A stretch of 63,993 nt of DNA, counting the filler, from Collodictyon triciliatum (taxonomy: Eukaryota): the NCBI GenBank assembly GCA_043381765.1. It is 6 parts of 6 records of this genome, joined end to end, with 100 filler letters (N's around TTAATTAATTAA, not from the genome) between each part and the next. Parts side by side here need not be neighbours in the genome. Positions count along the whole stretch, not along the records: positions 35,964 to 47,849 come from JBHJMP010002291.1; positions 47,950 to 59,818 come from JBHJMP010002292.1; 4 more parts are not named here. One strand, given 5' to 3'. This document shows, in pieces, positions 44,118-59,918 of this stretch. The notes under the pieces were generated by a model. It made no database searches. It saw only the letters and a program-made list of their open reading frames with translations, and had not been told where the DNA came from. The position numbers and the translations under genes are program-made. Position 1 is the first letter of the stretch. Each line of letters begins with the position of its first letter.

Positions 44118-45500
44118 ATGCCCCGGAACCCGCCGAACGCGCTGCTGCTGCCTGTGTCCACGACGGCGATCGGCCGGCCGGACTGCACCCACGCGGGGCT
44201 GCCGTTCTTCCCGCTGGGCGACGCAGGGTGCGCCTTCCCGGGGGTGCTGTCGAGCTCTGCGCCGGCCTTCGGGGTGTATGGCGGGGGCTTTGCTGTTGCA
44301 CCTGCGGACGAGGCCTACAGCGACGATGCGGATGCGGATGCGGATGCGGATGCGGATGTGGATGCGGATGTCTACACAGAGGCCGACGCAGATCCTGATG
44401 CGGATGGCGATGGCGATGGCGATGCGGATGGCGACGGCGACGACACGCGCAAGAAAAAGAAGCGGGGGAACCTGCCGAAGGCGGCCACGGATGTGCTGCG
44501 CGGGTGGCTGGTGCAGCACGTGTCGGAGCCGTACCCGTCGGAGGAGCTCAAGGCCGAGCTGTGCGCTGGGACGGGCCTGACCATGTCGCAGGTCAACAAC
44601 TGGTTCATCAACGCCCGCCGCCGCCTCCTCCCCGCCCTGCGCGCACAGGCCGCCGGGCCCTTCGCCTCCGCAGCCTCCACGCCCGCCCCCACCCGCACCA
44701 AGCCGAGGGCGACCCCGGCGCGCAGCCACAGCCACAACCACGAACATAGCCACAGCCACAGCCACAGCCACAGCCACGACCCCAGCAGCGACCAGCAGCC
44801 CCGCCGCCCCAGCGTGCGCGCACAGCCCAGCCCGTACCAGCCGACGCGGCGGCTCAGCATCCCGCGCAGGGCGGCGCCTGTCTCGTCGTCGTCGTCGTCG
44901 CCGCTGGGATCCCCCGCCGCAAAGGCCCACGCGCTGCGCCTCCCCGCCACGCCCGCGTCTGCCGCGCTCAGCCCCCCGACCGGCGCCCTGGCCCTGGCCT
45001 TCTCCCACTTCCACATGCAGCCGCAGCCACAGCCGCAGCCGCAATCCCATCTGCACGCAGAGATCCCCGCCCCCGCGCAGCCGCACACGGCGCCCCACTC
45101 CCACCCCCACCCCCACCCCCACCCCGACATCGACGTCGACACCCCCGCGCACACGCTGCACGACTGCTCGGACCTCTTCGACGACGCCTCGGCCACCGCC
45201 GCCGCTGCCGCGCTGTCGCTGCCGCCCTCGCCCTACTCCTCCCCTGCAACCGCCACGGCAGCCGCATTCGCCTCCCTCCACGCCTACGCCGCCACCCGCT
45301 CGCTCTTTGCCCTGCGCAGCGACGACAGCAGCAGCAGCCACAGCGGCCACAGCGACCCCCGCCCCGCCCCCGGCCTCTTCGACCCCTCCCTCCTCTGCTT
45401 CCGCGACACCCTCAACGCCATCGACTCCCAGTTCTCGGGCGTGTTCCCCCACCCCTTCGACGACCCTGCAGACCTCTTCCCCACAGGCCACGCCGACTAG
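44118..45500 (+). CDS. TALE-class homeodomain transcription factor (TGIF/MEIS/PKNOX-like), intronless and GC-rich
   Basis: Homeodomain [57 protein letters not shown] with the PYP loop and WFIN helix 3; acidic DA/DG repeats before it and HS/HP/QP repeats after it. Confidence 0.92.
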   Translation: MPRNPPNALLLPVSTTAIGRPDCTHAGLPFFPLGDAGCAFPGVLSSSAPAFGVYGGGFAVAPADEAYSDDADADADADADVDADVYTEADADPDADGDGDGDADGDGDDTRKKKKRGNLPKAATDVLRGWLVQHVSEPYPSEELKAELCAGTGLTMSQVNNWFINARRRLLPALRAQAAGPFASAASTPAPTRTKPRATPARSHSHNHEHSHSHSHSHSHDPSSDQQPRRPSVRAQPSPYQPTRRLSIPRRAAPVSSSSSSPLGSPAAKAHALRLPATPASAALSPPTGALALAFSHFHMQPQPQPQPQSHLHAEIPAPAQPHTAPHSHPHPHPHPDIDVDTPAHTLHDCSDLFDDASATAAAAALSLPPSPYSSPATATAAAFASLHAYAATRSLFALRSDDSSSSHSGHSDPRPAPGLFDPSLLCFRDTLNAIDSQFSGVFPHPFDDPADLFPTGHAD

Positions 45501-45524
45501 TCGTTTTCTTTTTCCTTTTTCGTT

Positions 45525-45625
45525 TTCTCTTTTTCTTTTTCTTTTTCTTTTTCTTTTTCTTTTTCTTTTTCTTTTTCTTTTTCTTTTTCTTTTTCTTTTT
45601 CTTTTTCTTTTTCTTTTTCTTTTCT
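45525..45625. repeat. (TTTTTC)n just after the homeobox stop codon
   Basis: Direct reading of the sequence. Confidence 0.95.
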
Positions 45626-47415
45626 CTTCCTTTGTCATGTCTCCCGGTCCATTCGTCCATCCTTCCAGTGTGCGCTCCGCTTCCTCTCCGTGGAGCATGC
45701 GTGCAATGGGATGGTCAACAGGTTAACTGGGGGCAGACAAAAAGGGTGGCGCTCTTTCATCCATTCGCTTGTCAAGTAACTTCTCTCTCGCACGCCTATC
45801 CCTGTTTTTCCAATCTCCCTTCTTTTTTTCCTTCTTCAATGAGCTCTTTCTCTTTCCCTCGTTCCTCGTTCCAAATCGTCCATCCTTCTAGTTTGTCAAC
45901 TACACCATAACTTCCCTCTGTCGCTTTTTTGTTGTTGTTTTTTTTTTCGAGAAAAGAACAGAAAAACACAAAAAAAATATTTTTTCTTCTTTTACTACTT
46001 CCAGCAAAACTCACCAAACACCCTGTCGATTCAACCAAAAACCACACACCCAGTCTCGACAAATAATGGGTATACACAACACCAAAAAAGAATTATAAAT
46101 CAGTTAAGAAACAGTACAGATGCAAAGACACCCCCTTTGCTGGCGACCACCATGGCACTCTCATCGCCTCTGTACCAGTCGATACACCCGCATTGTCGGG
46201 GTGGCGTTTGTTTGGTATGCGCTCCCTTCGCACTGTACCCTCGGGTGCCTTCCTTGTTGTTTGCCCAACCCACCGAGCTATATAAACCTAGTTCGGCATC
46301 ACTGCGCGGCTTTCGAGCGGCACACACCCTCTTATGGACTATGCGCGCCAGTGTCGAGCTGCAGATGTTAAAAAAAAAAAAACTCATGAATGTGGAAATT
46401 TCTCCAACAATTTGCGAATTGGGAGGAGCTCGTGATACCTTTGTAATTCTCAATACTTTGCAGTAATGCGAATATTCTGTGTACATTATTATATGATATC
46501 TAATGTTTGCTGCCACAATTTAGCGTACAAAAGTTAATCATAGTATAATCCACATTTAGATATCCGTTACTCAGCCCATTGAATTCGGTTCTGTTTGAAT
46601 CTGTCTGTCTGTGCCGATTCTCCTGCTCAACGGAAGAGCTTTGAAGCAGGCTTTGCATTGATTCCTTTCGTTCCTTTCACCTGTTCGACTTTCATATAGG
46701 TTCATATATTTCCGTACGTCCTTAACGCAATACGAAAGAGGCACGCTCTCGATCAGCACCATCAAACTCTTGGCTCACTGAACGAACCAAGTTGCGCTTT
46801 GTTTCTTGCGAAATAGAATCATCTATACCTTCAAAAAAAAAAAAAAAACATCTGCAGAAGCGTGAATGATGTCCTTTATGTTTTCCTCCTATTTCCTTTC
46901 TCTCTAGTTTTCTCTCTTCACAAGCATGAAAGTTGCGAAAGAAGTACGAAACTAATTGCTTTACATAGGTACTCGTTGTTCGCCTTTTATTGATCGTCAA
47001 GGAAATTCTTCTCCTTTCAAGTTTCTAGTGTTTAGGCTCAAAATTGTCCTTCCGTAAAACCAGTGACCGGGTTTCTCCGAAGCCGCTGCAATCTCTCTTC
47101 TTTATTTTATCCAGTCCGTTCTTGCTAAACCATCAAAGTCGGGACTATCTCCAGCATTAGGTTTGCTGATCATTTCAATGATCTTCACCCAAAGCCTTTT
47201 GTAAAGAACGCCAGTCACCTATGCCACTTCATTTCATTCCTTCTTCCTTCTTCCTTCTTCCTTCTTCCTCCTTCCTCTATGTGGTCTTTCGCACGCCACT
47301 TTTTTTTCTGCATTAAAAGATCAAAGTGCTTTGAGGATCGGTTGGAGTGCGACTAAATCTCATTATCTATCCTCTTTTTCAACTTCGACTCATATCCAAA
47401 CAGGATAGGAAAACC

Positions 47416-47602
47416 ATGGAAATCACTTATGTTTATACCAAGGCTCGCTCAAGATTCGGAGGCCCAACGTCCTTCCGAGATAAAAATGCAGAGCTGATCA
47501 TCGATATTCAACCCAGCAGAGATATAGCAGAACAATTTATCGAAAGAAATCCCAACTTTGTGGAGGTTCAAGCGGTACCAGATATGTCTGAACATGAGGC
47601 AA
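47416..47602 (+). CDS. DNAI2: Axonemal outer-arm dynein intermediate chain 2 (IC2/ODA6), first exon only
   Basis: MEITYVYTKARSRFGGPTSFRDKNAELIIDIQPSRDIAEQFIERNP..VEVQAVPDMSEHEA matches the conserved DNAI2 N-terminus as I recall it; the scaffold ends in a (TTA)n array. Confidence 0.85.
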
Positions 47603-47748
47603 GTTTACATCCTCCATTTCTTCTTTTTAAAATATAAACTAACAAACAAACAAATGAGCGCGAACTTCGTATTTTATAATATGATTTTGAAGAACCATTA
47701 TACAAGATACCATCATAATTTTGCATCTCCTCACATTCAATACGCCCC

Positions 47749-47787
<39 letters not shown>

Positions 47788-47813
47788 CAATTTTTTCAGA
47801 TGACCCCGAAGGG

Positions 47814-47849
<36 letters not shown>

Positions 47850-47949
47850 NNNNNNNNNNNNNNNNNNNNNNNNNNNNNNNNNNNNNNNNNNNNTTAATTA
47901 ATTAANNNNNNNNNNNNNNNNNNNNNNNNNNNNNNNNNNNNNNNNNNNN
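47850..47949. other. Artificial scaffold spacer
   Basis: 44N + TTAATTAATTAA (47894-47905) + 44N. Confidence 0.97.
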
Positions 47950-49090
47950 CCGGCGACAACACATCTGCTGGAGAGAAAATATCATACGTAAAAAAAAAAA
48001 AAGGAGAGAAAAAGCGATGCATTTTCAGCCCGAAAGACGTGAGCGTTACGGGAAAACCAATGAAAAAGAAAGAGGGAGAGAACCATAAAGAAAGAATACC
48101 TTCCAGAGAAGCAGGCGTCTTCTCAGAAGCGGCTCCACAGACACTTGACTTAACTTCATCATCAGTCTTTGAAAAATCTACCGCAAAAAAAAAAAGAATA
48201 AAAGAGAAGATAAAATGTATAAGAAAGAAAAAGAAAAAAAGGAGAAATTAGATTAGAAAGAGAAAACACCTCATCATAGCCAAAAAAAAAAAAGCCAAAT
48301 AAGAAAAAAACCCCCGCATACACGCGAAAGAAGAAACCGCCGCCGAGCACCGCGCAAACACTGTGCACTTGACAGGCACAAACACTGCCTGGTCCAAACG
48401 CTTCAACGACGCCGAATCCCGAGGCGACCCGGTCGCATCCCACGAGACTCGGGCGAGTTGATCACACGAGACATCACGAACACCATCACGAACACCATCA
48501 TCACCGTCATCATCGCGATTACAAGGCTCTTCACGACCGAGCGACGGATGGCGAACGCAGACAGCCTTTGCGCGCAGGAAGGCGGCGGTCTCTGCCGGGA
48601 TGGAGAGGAGCGGATTGCGGGCGAGATTGAGAAGCCGCAGAGCCGTGAGCGGCTGCAGCAGCGGCAGCGGGACGGAGCGCAGGCGATTGCGGGCGAGATC
48701 GATCTGCGTGAGGGACGGCGGGAGGAGGCCGGCGCGCGGGTCGGGCAGGTGGGCGAGTCGGTTGCCGTCGAGGCGGAGCTCCACCAGCAAAGGCAGCTGC
48801 GCAACAGCGGGCGGGACGCCTGTGAAGAGGTTGTCGGAGAGGCGCAGTCTGCGTGTGCGGTGGACCGCCGAGAAGGCGCCCGGCAGCGCGCTGAGGCGGT
48901 TTCCGGCCAGATCGATCTCGAGCAGATGCGGCCAGCGAGTCAGCGGCAGGTCGGCCGGCAGCTCGGGAAGGCCGAAGCCGCGCAGGATCAGGCTAGTTGC
49001 GTGCGTGAGGCCCGGGCTGAGGGAGGGGCGCACAACCTCGTCGTAGAGCTGCTCGCCGCTTTTGCGCGGGCGCGTAGGGGGAGTGGCCAT
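47950..49090 (-). CDS. Leucine-rich repeat protein (about six LRRs), 3' end truncated at scaffold edge
   Basis: LxxLxLxxNxL repeats: LLEIDLAGNRL, TRRLRLSDNLF, LVELRLDGNRL, LTQIDLARNRL, LRLLNLARNPL; further small exons near 48100-48178 and 47950-47966. Confidence 0.85.
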
Positions 49091-49400
49091 CGAGCTTCCT
49101 TCCTGGTTTTAAAGGTTGTTGTTGTTGTTGTTGTTATTGTTGGTTTTGTTGTTGTTGTTGTTGGTTTATTCATCAAAGCCTGCTTCAGAGCGCCTGTCAA
49201 AAAGAGGAGGCTTTCTGCGCAGCTGCCTCTGATTTACGCTCTGTGGCGGATTGATTGTGATTTTGTACAGGATTATTTTCTTTTTTCTTTCCTTTTTTTT
49301 CTTCAGACCATTCTATTTTTTTGATTATTTCCTTTTTCTTTCCTTCTTTTTTCTGATTATTTTCTTTTTCTTCTCCTGTTTTCGGGGCTGCTTCGTTGAA

Positions 49401-51699
<2,299 letters not shown>

Positions 51700-52684
51700 G
51701 TCAATCGCTTTCCAACCGGCAGTCTGATGGCGTCTTCCTCTTTCTTTCTGTCTTTCTTTCTTTCTTTCTTTCTTCCTCTCTTCCTTTTCTGTTGTTGGCG
51801 ATCTGCTTCGATGATTCAAAGGAACTACAAACTTCATATCCGATCGCTGGAAGAAAAAATCAGTAAGAATCGCCTAAATTAGAATATATTTTTGACTAAA
51901 GAAATCATTACTTTACTAAACTGTGTATTACATATATGGTATCATTAGTCATTTTCTTTTTATTTCTTTTTGCTCGTTTCTCTCAATACTTTCAAATCCA
52001 AGCCACATGCACACATCAAAGATATCACATTAGAATACAACAGCCTCGTTTTGACTTCATCCTTGTCGTTTGTATTAACGCTCTGCATTTTTGCTTTTGG
52101 ATGACGCATGTGGCACAGAAAGGCTTCTATCAATGCTCCATAATACATTATCCTGAGACCGAAGCCCCATGACTTTGTTGCAACAAACATCATTCAGTAT
52201 TCTGATGGACACGCATATCGAAATAAACATCTTTCTCCTGGAATACGGTCTCTTTACCTTGTTCAATTATGCGTCTTATTTGAACAGCTGCCACCGAACA
52301 TTCCTCACGCTGAAAAATACCTCAAATTATTGTCTCCATAAATCGTTGTTTTTCTGACTGCCACAACTGCCATAACGTCCGGACCCGTTCCCAGTCATGC
52401 CACAAGTAGTTTCCGTGGTGTTCTTCATGGTATGTGGTGATAATGGTCATAGAGCTGCCTCTGAACTTTTCTTCCTCCAGTCTCACACAAGTCATAAAGG
52501 TGCCCTTCGCAGAAGTCTATTGGACAAACCTTGTTATCCTTTCTTTGCTTCTATCCGACCTCCTGTATCGTTCACACTCACATTTCCGAACACATTTCCT
52601 ATCGCGAGCTCTATCTTTTTTAAAGGAAAGCCTTGTATGATTATGATTCGAATGTCAATCCTATAATATTATAATCATGGAAAT

Positions 52685-54977
52685 TCATCTCATGCAATAC
52701 GACTGATTATGAAATCTGTTTAAAAAAAAAATGCCCAATCCATGAGCGAGGGAGCTTTGTATACTTCTTCCAGCATTAAGAGATTCAAGAACATGTTTTC
52801 CATGAATGAGGCGTGGCTCACTTAATGAATCAATCATGGTCTGAGAAAAGAAAAGGATCATACAAAAGATGGTTTGTTTTAAATAGCTTTCCTTTGAGTC
52901 ATACCTAGACTGGTTTAGACGCTGAACAAGAAAGGAAGAAAAATAAACGAGTATTTTTTGGAAATAAATGGGAGATTGAAAAATCAAATTAACGAGCCGC
53001 TTTTATTTATGACGTGATGTTTGACATTCTTCGATCAAGGATAAGCATTTCTCCTTCCAAACCGATACTCGATAATGCATCTCTTATGTCGAGGTAGAGC
53101 TTAATCGGAAGTACCTGCCCCGCATCCATTCCAATCTGCAGTAATAAGTTTTGTTGTTTCTTGTAAATGCAATCATAAATCCAACGTCCATTCGGAAAGA
53201 ATATATAACCTCAAAGAAAGTATAAGGAGGTTGATTTAAACCTCAAAAGCATGTATGCAAACAGACAACCGAAACGGAACGGAAGCCATGTGTAAAATGA
53301 AATGAAGCGCTACCAAGAAAAACTTGAATGCATCTCGAACGTTTCCGGCCTGGATGGCAGCGGAGGATATTCCTTCATAGAAGCCTGGTCGGATAGGCTG
53401 CTGCTGTTGCGAAAAATGCTCGTGCAAATCATGTGCCTGCTTAGAAAGCGATTGGGAGCACAAACCCTGGTGATGAAATCGTTGTGATTTATCGTCAAGT
53501 TAGCGTTGTGGACCACTCGCATATTTTAATTTGGAGATGAGACAAGATAATTTCGATTTCCGTGGAGGTTTGGAAGAAAACACATACCTGCAATACAAAT
53601 TTGTAAGATAGTTGTGTCATGTCAACAAAGATAGACACTTTGGAGGCTTCAGTCGGGAAAAGTGTAAACATTTCCTTGATAGTGTTTGCTGCCTCTTCGT
53701 GCTGCATTTTAGATTATGGTTTAAATTGGCTGGGATTAATTACACTGTAGCATGCTAAGCAACATGCCTAAGCAAGTAAACATCGTTCTCTTTCAAAAAG
53801 AAAAATTGACATTCATCGGAAAGATGGCGGACAATATGCCAGTTAAGTTGTGTGTGTGAGCTTTTCAGCTGCATTTACTTTGTGGACCCGAACAAAAGTA
53901 TGGACAGCGCGCAACAAAGTCCAGCATGTCGGAGTTAGGTTGTACTCCCTGACCCATTCCAAAGCTTTGCGAGCGCGCCTATCATCTGAAAATGGACATG
54001 TAGGGCATAATGATAAGTTATTTTCTCTAAGTTTGGCTATCAGAGCTGAGTTTTCTTGGCATGCTTGACTCACAAGAGCGGAAATATTAAGGCATTTTTA
54101 GATAGTAGGCAGATATCGAATGAAAATAATTTGTTCAAAAAAAGTATATGCTTAATCAAAACCTCTGGAGAGTGCGCACGCTTTAAGAAGTGTATTAACT
54201 GTAACGATAGTTGGAATAAACTTTCTTTTATCCATCAAATCTTTCAATATCTATGTTTAAATTCATAAACTTCAGTCTAGTTGAATGCATTAAGAGTAAA
54301 GTATGAATGTAACAAACAGAATTATATGCAATCATTTGCGTCATTATTAATTTATATATAAAGAAAAGCGTGTAACCTTCATGCAAAGCTCACTGGCCTG
54401 TAAAGCATTTGCAAAGTCTGTGAGTGGAATACTCAGACCTGTATTGAAGCTTCTCTCTGATGGCTTTAGATTTTTCTCGCTCAGCAAGTTATTAAATTTC
54501 TCGATTGCAGCTTCTGTGTGACCGTTGTCACGGAGTGCCTGATGGTTGTATTTAAGTTTTGTAATTGGTTGAAGTGAGGGAATGACATTGAAGTTCCAAT
54601 ATATATGTTGTCTAATATTTGTACAAAAGCAACAAACCACAATCATCGCATTATATGTAAATACATTGGGTTTTATGTCCAACTCTCTCATCTCCTCCTG
54701 GAAATCATTTTTTTCATATGGTTATACATGAATAATCAAAAAAATCGCATGCTCAGGTAATTTGTAACTTGCGCATGGAATCGAAATCACCTCAATTTTA
54801 AGAATCTGCTCAATCGGTGCAGGTTGGCCTTTTGGTTTGAAATAAGATCTGAAAAGTGATGTAACAGTAAACTGGTCTGGTTTGTGGTTGCGGGCTTTCA
54901 TTTCAGAAAAAATCTTCCAACAAAAATGTGGCTTCGATTCCTATGAGAGTAGCCATTTCTGAGTACACGGATTTAAC

Positions 54978-55050
<73 letters not shown>

Positions 55051-58000
55051 ATTTACAGTGATTAATCAACAGAGTAAAAGATTAAAAAATAAAGAATAAC
55101 ACGAGTTCGAATAAAAAAAAAAGTGATATTGGTCATCTTTTGCAGATGTAAATGAACGAGTATCAACCATGGCATATCCGTTGATGATGATGTTCAATAC
55201 AGACAAGTCAGGAGTGACGCCTTCCTTTTCCATCTGCTTGATTAGCAATGTAGCCTAGAAGTCCGATTTACATAGCATAGTATGCTTACATAAGAAAAGT
55301 AGTGTTCATTTACAAAATCATTTCTTGAATGAATTGTGTGAGTAGATTAAAGGGACAGGATATTAAAACAATTCAAAAAGGAAAAAAAAATAGAGAAGGT
55401 ACCGAAAATCATCAGAGGAAGAAAAGGAATAGAGCATTTATTGAAAAGATTGATGAAGGATAAAGCGCAGTTTTTTTATGGTATTGTTATTTGTTGGATA
55501 ATCTCGTACTTGGTCTATTTTACCAGCTTTACAATACGAAGAAACCCGCGGTGAAAAAAGGAAAATGTCATCCTTGACGTTGTATTTCCTCTAGAAATAT
55601 GAGCAAACATATATGAGAGAAAATTAAAGTTGTTTTATAGAAAAAAAAAGCTAGGAAAATAGAGTGATAGATTAAATACGGAAAGTGTAAGCTGCATAAA
55701 AACCTTAAGTATATTGTAGTATTCTTCAACCACATTCACAACTTCATGTTTTTGGGCGTGTCTAAAGAGTGATGTAAGCACAGAAGAACATAACGCAGAT
55801 GGTGGCTGGAAAGACAGAGAAAGTCGCGGATCTGAAATCATTTCTGAAAATAGCTTTTCTGTAAGCTCTTTTCCGCACGCGATTTCTTGCTTGGGGTGCC
55901 TCGGGCTTGAAGACGCAGTCAGATGTCCGTCATCTAAGAATTGAGATAAAACAGGCTAACTGTCTCAGAGAGTGTAACGCAAAACTCAGCTATGAAGGCT
56001 GAAAGCTCTCGATGTATATAGCATAACAAAAGTCTGGCACGTTGAAATGGAATATTACAATAAGCATGTCTTATTTCATACCCGATTCTTCTATATAGAC
56101 AACGGATGCCAAGTCTTCATTGTCTGATTCCTTTAGTTAACAGTTGGTTTCATATAAAGATTTATAACATCACAATAGTTCATGCGCAAAAAAGAAAGAA
56201 AGAAAGAAAATTTAATTAGCTAGAGTATTTCTTGAGTAGCTGTGATCAGTGTATTTACTCTTTAGATTTTAAAAAGAGCGTGAGGTAAATGTTTTACCTT
56301 GCTTTCATTTCGAGGTTTTAAGATTGCACAGAATTGAAATAAATACATGTAACTCAATCCCAGTGTAACATCGTTTGCATCTCTAAGATTACGAATGGTG
56401 TAATGTGTCGCCAAAGCAAGGTCGAAGCGGTGGCACTATTAATACCCCAATTTTTGCATCATTTTGAGATTTACCCGACGAGGGAAAAAAATGTAGAAAA
56501 CTTCTAAAATTATAGTAAATATATGGAGTATTTTCAGTAAATTGCGTTAGAATGTATGAATTATAGGTCGATCAAATACTTTGGTATATGCTTCTACGAG
56601 AAAGGCGTGGCAGAATGCGGAGGGTTTCGGTGAGATTTCTTTAAGCATGTTCCAATACTTTACTACGCCTTCAAAGTCGCCAAAAGCACTTTCCATCTGA
56701 TGATGTCAAAATATGGTGTGATTTAGACCTCAACATCAGAAGCACGAAATAACGAATGTGCCATAAACTAGCTCTTGTCAGAGTAATAGAAGCATTTATA
56801 AAAACCGTCAAGTATGAAAATCCTGATAAAAGATCGTATAGAAAAATTAAGTGGGTCCAAAATAAATATATAACTCGGTGAAAAAGTGCGAATATGTGAG
56901 TTAAAAAATTAAGGCGGACAAACTCTTATCAAGGGGGTAATTGAAAATGGTGTGGGGCTGATATTAAGTTGCTTCATTTCTTCCAATATCCCAAGTGCTT
57001 CACTTCGCTTCATCTTTACAGCGTAGCCATTTAGCAATGTGTTCATCACGACGGAATTGGGGGGGATGTCGACCTGAATAGAACGTGCATTTTGCCATAA
57101 GATTAACCAAATTTCAAAGAGCGAAATGGTGTTGTGTAGAAACAGGCATATTGTTCCGTTTGTGAGGGAAACCGGATTTTGAAATCGAGATTAAACCTCT
57201 TTCATTTTGCTGAGGATTTTAGTTGCACCTTTCATGTCGCCTTTGTTAACGAAAGCCTAATATAATAAATTTCAGATGGAGCATTTTCATGCATTTCTAT
57301 GATGTTTATGCTGGAAAGAGAGCAATAGCAGATAAGAAATAATAAGGCTGTGATATTACCTTCATCAAACAACTGTAGGAATGAACATTTGGAGACATTT
57401 GATACTTTTCCATTTCGCGAAAAAGGTCCTCAGAGAAAGAAACATCACCTGACGTTGTGGAAGATAGTCCATTCAAAAAGAGACGAATTTCAATGTTATG
57501 ATGTGATTCATTTCATAAATGTTAAACCCTTGCAAAAAAAAATCAAGAGAAAAATGATAGACACAATAGGCGCCTCAAATATGACATCACGAACCTTTCT
57601 GCGAGGCTATATTCAATAACTGATTCATTATATGCAAATTTGGTTTTACGTTCTTTAGCTAATATTGATTTACATAAATCAGTCCTTCTTGTCATCATAC
57701 AATCGTTCAAATATTCAGTCAGAATGGTGCAATATTCATCATAGGCAAGACCTTCATATCTTTTAACACATCTTCCACTAAATCAAAGTTTCTGCTCTTT
57801 ATCAAGCCCTGGATTTGCTTGGAATATAATCGCTGTAGCAATACATTCTTTCCATCGTTTTCCTTGCCTTCTGCAGCATTCTCTGGAATATGTATGGCTT
57901 CAGAAACTGATGCTGCAGATTCTGTCGAATACAAACTGCAGAGAGAGAAAAAAAGGCAAAGTCAATCACAAAGACATATGTCAATATAGCTCTGCACACT

Positions 58001-58339
58001 TTCAAGCACAAACCATGAGCGATTTGATATGTTTTCCTAGTTTTTAAAAAAATGAACGAAAAGAGGGAATGAACAGAACTACCCAATAGACTGGATATGT
58101 AAAGAGAATACATCTTTGGCAATAACGAGCATAAGATTGCATATAAATAGGAACCGTCTCGAAAGGCAGAAGGCTGCGACTCCTTTGTGCGTCAGGGAAG
58201 TGTGCTTGATAAACAAGGCGGCCGAAACAAAACTCCGAAACGAAATGCGTCCTGCGGGCGAAAGTGCGGGAGACGAAGTCTGAAGCCTTGCAAGACTTTT
58301 GCGTATTCCCGGACTCCGCAGCGAGATCAAGCTAAGCAT
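52685..58339 (-). CDS. P-type pentatricopeptide repeat (PPR) protein with a mitochondrial-type presequence
   Basis: ATG 58339 MLSLISLRSPGIRKSLARL... (R/S-rich, no acidic residues); repeated 35-aa motifs such as MSPNVHSYSCLMK, IPPNSVVMNTLLNGYA...EALGILEEMK, GVTPDLSVLNIIINGYA, HKPDQFTVTSLF, DIKPNVFTYNAMI and LKPSERSFNT. 3' end approximate; no DYW domain recognised. Confidence 0.85.
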
Positions 58340-59548
58340 ACTTTCCTTGGCCGATTGAAAAGAAATTCGGAAAAGGTGGTGTATACTTAAGTTGTGAAAA
58401 AGTGAAAAAGTGAAAAAGTGAAAAAGTGAAAAAGTGAAAAAGTGAAAAAGTGAAAAAGAAAAAGAAAAAGAAAAAGAAAAAGAAAAAGAAAAAGAAAAAG
58501 AAAGGCCTTGAGACAGAGGAGAGCGCACAAGAGCGGACGCAGGTGCCTTAAAATATCACAAATGACGCTCCACATGAGAAGTCAAGCACAATGTTCACCC
58601 GGTGTGTGCGTTGTTTTCTGTGACTTTTGGACACTCCCTTTGAGTGGGTTTGCTTGTAGCAGAGGCGGCTTGACGCAAAAGCTCATTCGGTTTTTTTTTG
58701 CTGTAAGATACAAGATTATATATTCCGGAAATAAATAATATTTTTGTCCATTATTTTTTAGATAAAATAAATATACATACATGTTATTTCTGTTTGAATT
58801 CGGACACTTTTACTCCACTGCGTTCTGAAGGGAACAAGCTGGATGCTCACAGCTTCCATCTCGCAAACTAAAGGTGCTTGTGTTGCGTCCAGTAGCAAAC
58901 TTGCACCAAACACCCAAACATCCCGCAAGATATGATGATTAAATATTAAAGTCTTACACATAAAACCCTTCCTCATTCTGTGTGCGCAAGAGATAAATAT
59001 TTAACAGACAAAATCCTCTGAGTGTACCAGTCGCGCAGGGGTTTGGGATATCTTTGCCGAGGGCTGCGCATTTTTTGGGAGATGTGAAAACTTGCAAGTA
59101 GGGTTGCTGGATGGCAGATGGGCTTTGTAATCTCGTTCACATGCTTTTGTCTGCGGGCGTGCGCAAAGATATAATTGCAGATGATATTCAAATCCTGGTC
59201 GTAATCGGGGAAATGAGGTTCATGAGAAGATGGCCTTCGTTGCTCACCCTTTAACTCGGTTGATTCGATGAGGCTTGTGCAAGTAAGTTTCAGCGCTCTG
59301 CAATAAGGTCTCTGTTCGAGATAGACAGGCGTGTAACAAGCAGCAGAATCCTGACTCATTTTAAGTGTGCCTGTGAATATTTCCATTGATCCCACATCAA
59401 TGCGAAACACAGATAAGTTTCACGGCTTCGTGGTTTTTCTTCTTTGCTTTTGCTTTTGCTTTTGCTTTTGCTCTCAGGCTGGTACTAAACATATACTCCA
59501 TTTTACGAAGCCCCTCTTCCCAGCAACTTTGGCAAAAAAAAAAAATAG

Positions 59549-59632
59549 CCCAGCGATCTTTGCATGAATGCGCAACAACTCGCCGAAGGGCTTCTGGAGA
59601 AGGCCAAGTTGCGGGTCGTCGATGCACATGAG
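59549..59632 (+). CDS. Isolated exon of an unidentified gene running into the scaffold end
   Basis: TAG acceptor, PSDLCMNAQQLAEGLLEKAKLRVVDAHE, GT donor; upstream structure unresolved. Confidence 0.3.
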
Positions 59633-59715
59633 GTTATAATTGTGGCATTAGGCCCTTCTTTAATGCCTTTTGATTACCTATTCGTTCAAATTTTATTCTT
59701 GTTTTATTGGGTTTT

Positions 59716-59818
59716 GCTGGCTTTTTATTGGCTTTTTATTGGCTTTTTATTGGCTTTTTATTGGCTTTTTATTGGCTTTTTATTGGCTTTTTATTGGCTT
59801 TTTATTGGCTTTTTATTG
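59716..59818. repeat. (TTGGCTTTTTA)n at scaffold end
   Basis: Direct reading of the sequence. Confidence 0.95.
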
Positions 59819-59918
59819 NNNNNNNNNNNNNNNNNNNNNNNNNNNNNNNNNNNNNNNNNNNNTTAATTAATTAANNNNNNNNNNNNNNNNNNNNNNNNNN
59901 NNNNNNNNNNNNNNNNNN
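59819..59918. other. Artificial scaffold spacer
   Basis: 44N + TTAATTAATTAA (59863-59874) + 44N. Confidence 0.97.

Noticed and set aside
43962-45698. 578-aa minus-strand ORF and other long overlapping ORFs around 30263-33330 and 48458-49324
   Set aside because: Antisense or alternate-frame shadows of GC-rich genes and microsatellites, with no domain motifs.
47599-47604. GC-AG donor (GAG|GCAAGT) in DNAI2
   Set aside because: A GT donor four bases later (GCAA|GTTTAC) would give the conserved SEHEAN and fits local donor usage, so a GC donor is not required.
51950-52680. DYW/editing domain or extra gene downstream of the PPR protein
   Set aside because: No HxE/CxxC motif and no frame-consistent exon chain could be built.
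58973-59410. 145-aa minus-strand ORF
   Set aside because: No motif and no clear splice context; a plus-strand exon nearby suggests the region belongs to an opposite-strand gene.
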